Below are positions 63,756 through 64,000 of a stretch of 64,000 bases of DNA, piece after piece. The stretch is from positions 65,670-129,669 of the forward strand of contig DAOUJC010000006.1 of assembly GCA_034423135.1 (NCBI GenBank). The letters are read 5' to 3'. The notes under the pieces were generated by a model, which made no database searches, had not been told where the DNA came from, and saw nothing but the letters and a program-made list of their open reading frames with translations. Each line of letters begins with the position of its first letter. Position 1 is the stretch's first letter. The stretch is from Dehalococcoidia bacterium (lineage in GTDB: Bacteria; Chloroflexota; Dehalococcoidia; Lucifugimonadales; UBA2985). Position numbers and translations under genes: made by a program.

Positions 63756-64000
63756 ATGAAGATAGGCCTCATCTCGGACACTCAGGTGCCTTCGGCAGAG
63801 CTTTCGCCAAACTTGAGGAAGGCCTTCGAGGGGGTCGATCTCATTCTCCACGCCGGTGACATCCTGATTCCGGCGTGCCTGGACCACCTGGAGGAGATTG
63901 CCCCGGTGATGGCGGTGGAGACGGGTGCAGAGCGACAGTTCTCCGGCGATACCCGAGTGGCGGAGCACCACCGCGTGGTGGAGGCTGAGGGCCACTCCAT
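63756..64000 (+). CDS. 5' part of a second YfcE/MJ0936-type metallophosphoesterase (runs off the window)
   Basis: GGAGAAAGGA RBS. MKIGLISDTQVPSAELSPNLRKAFEGVDLILHAGDILIPACLDHLEEIAPV aligns with the protein at 3421..3978. Confidence 0.7.
   Translation, partial: MKIGLISDTQVPSAELSPNLRKAFEGVDLILHAGDILIPACLDHLEEIAPVMAVETGAERQFSGDTRVAEHHRVVEAEGHS

Overview
High-GC bacterial chromosomal segment. Hand-counted core lines are about 65-70% GC. It holds roughly 60 protein genes and one tRNA, with no rRNA, CRISPR array, transposase or integrase. A Chloroflexota-like organism is suggested (inference only) by an archaeal-type PEP carboxylase, PT-rich lipoprotein linkers, giant CaiB/BaiF CoA-transferases, palindromic intergenic repeats that translate as VSLSNH/FDRLRVS, and strong GGAGG ribosome-binding sites. 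Core blocks are comEA-comEC-rph, infC-rpmI-rplT, thrB plus a split aspartokinase, ppcA-trpF-trpB, hisS, a DEAD-box helicase, a peptide-type ABC importer, a Mn/Zn-type ABC pair, a STAS/PP2C/kinase partner-switching module and a Fur-family regulator. Accessory content sits in lower-GC islets. (i) 24.75-26.94 kb: a DNA methyltransferase-HNH fusion coupled to two small orphan ORFs. (ii) 48.05-49.40 kb: a diverged paralog of that fusion beside tRNA-Arg, with a swapped central segment and an early in-frame stop. (iii) 37.5-39.9 kb: a translationally coupled SPPY methyltransferase and PD-(D/E)xK nuclease pair. There are also three toxin-antitoxin modules: MntA/HepT, DUF433/PIN-like, and VapBC with a tandemly duplicated antitoxin. 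Other notable items are two paralogous tandem-fused family III CoA-transferases whose C-terminal module appears to lack the catalytic Asp, an adenylating ligase-carrier-acyltransferase tri-domain gene coupled to an MBL hydrolase, an aspartokinase cut by an in-frame TGA exactly at the alpha/beta boundary, a 48-aa Cys-rich ORF missed by the 60-aa track cutoff, and a 35-bp perfect direct repeat carrying a promoter on both sides of a TA cassette. All family calls come from by-eye motif recognition. No database search was run.
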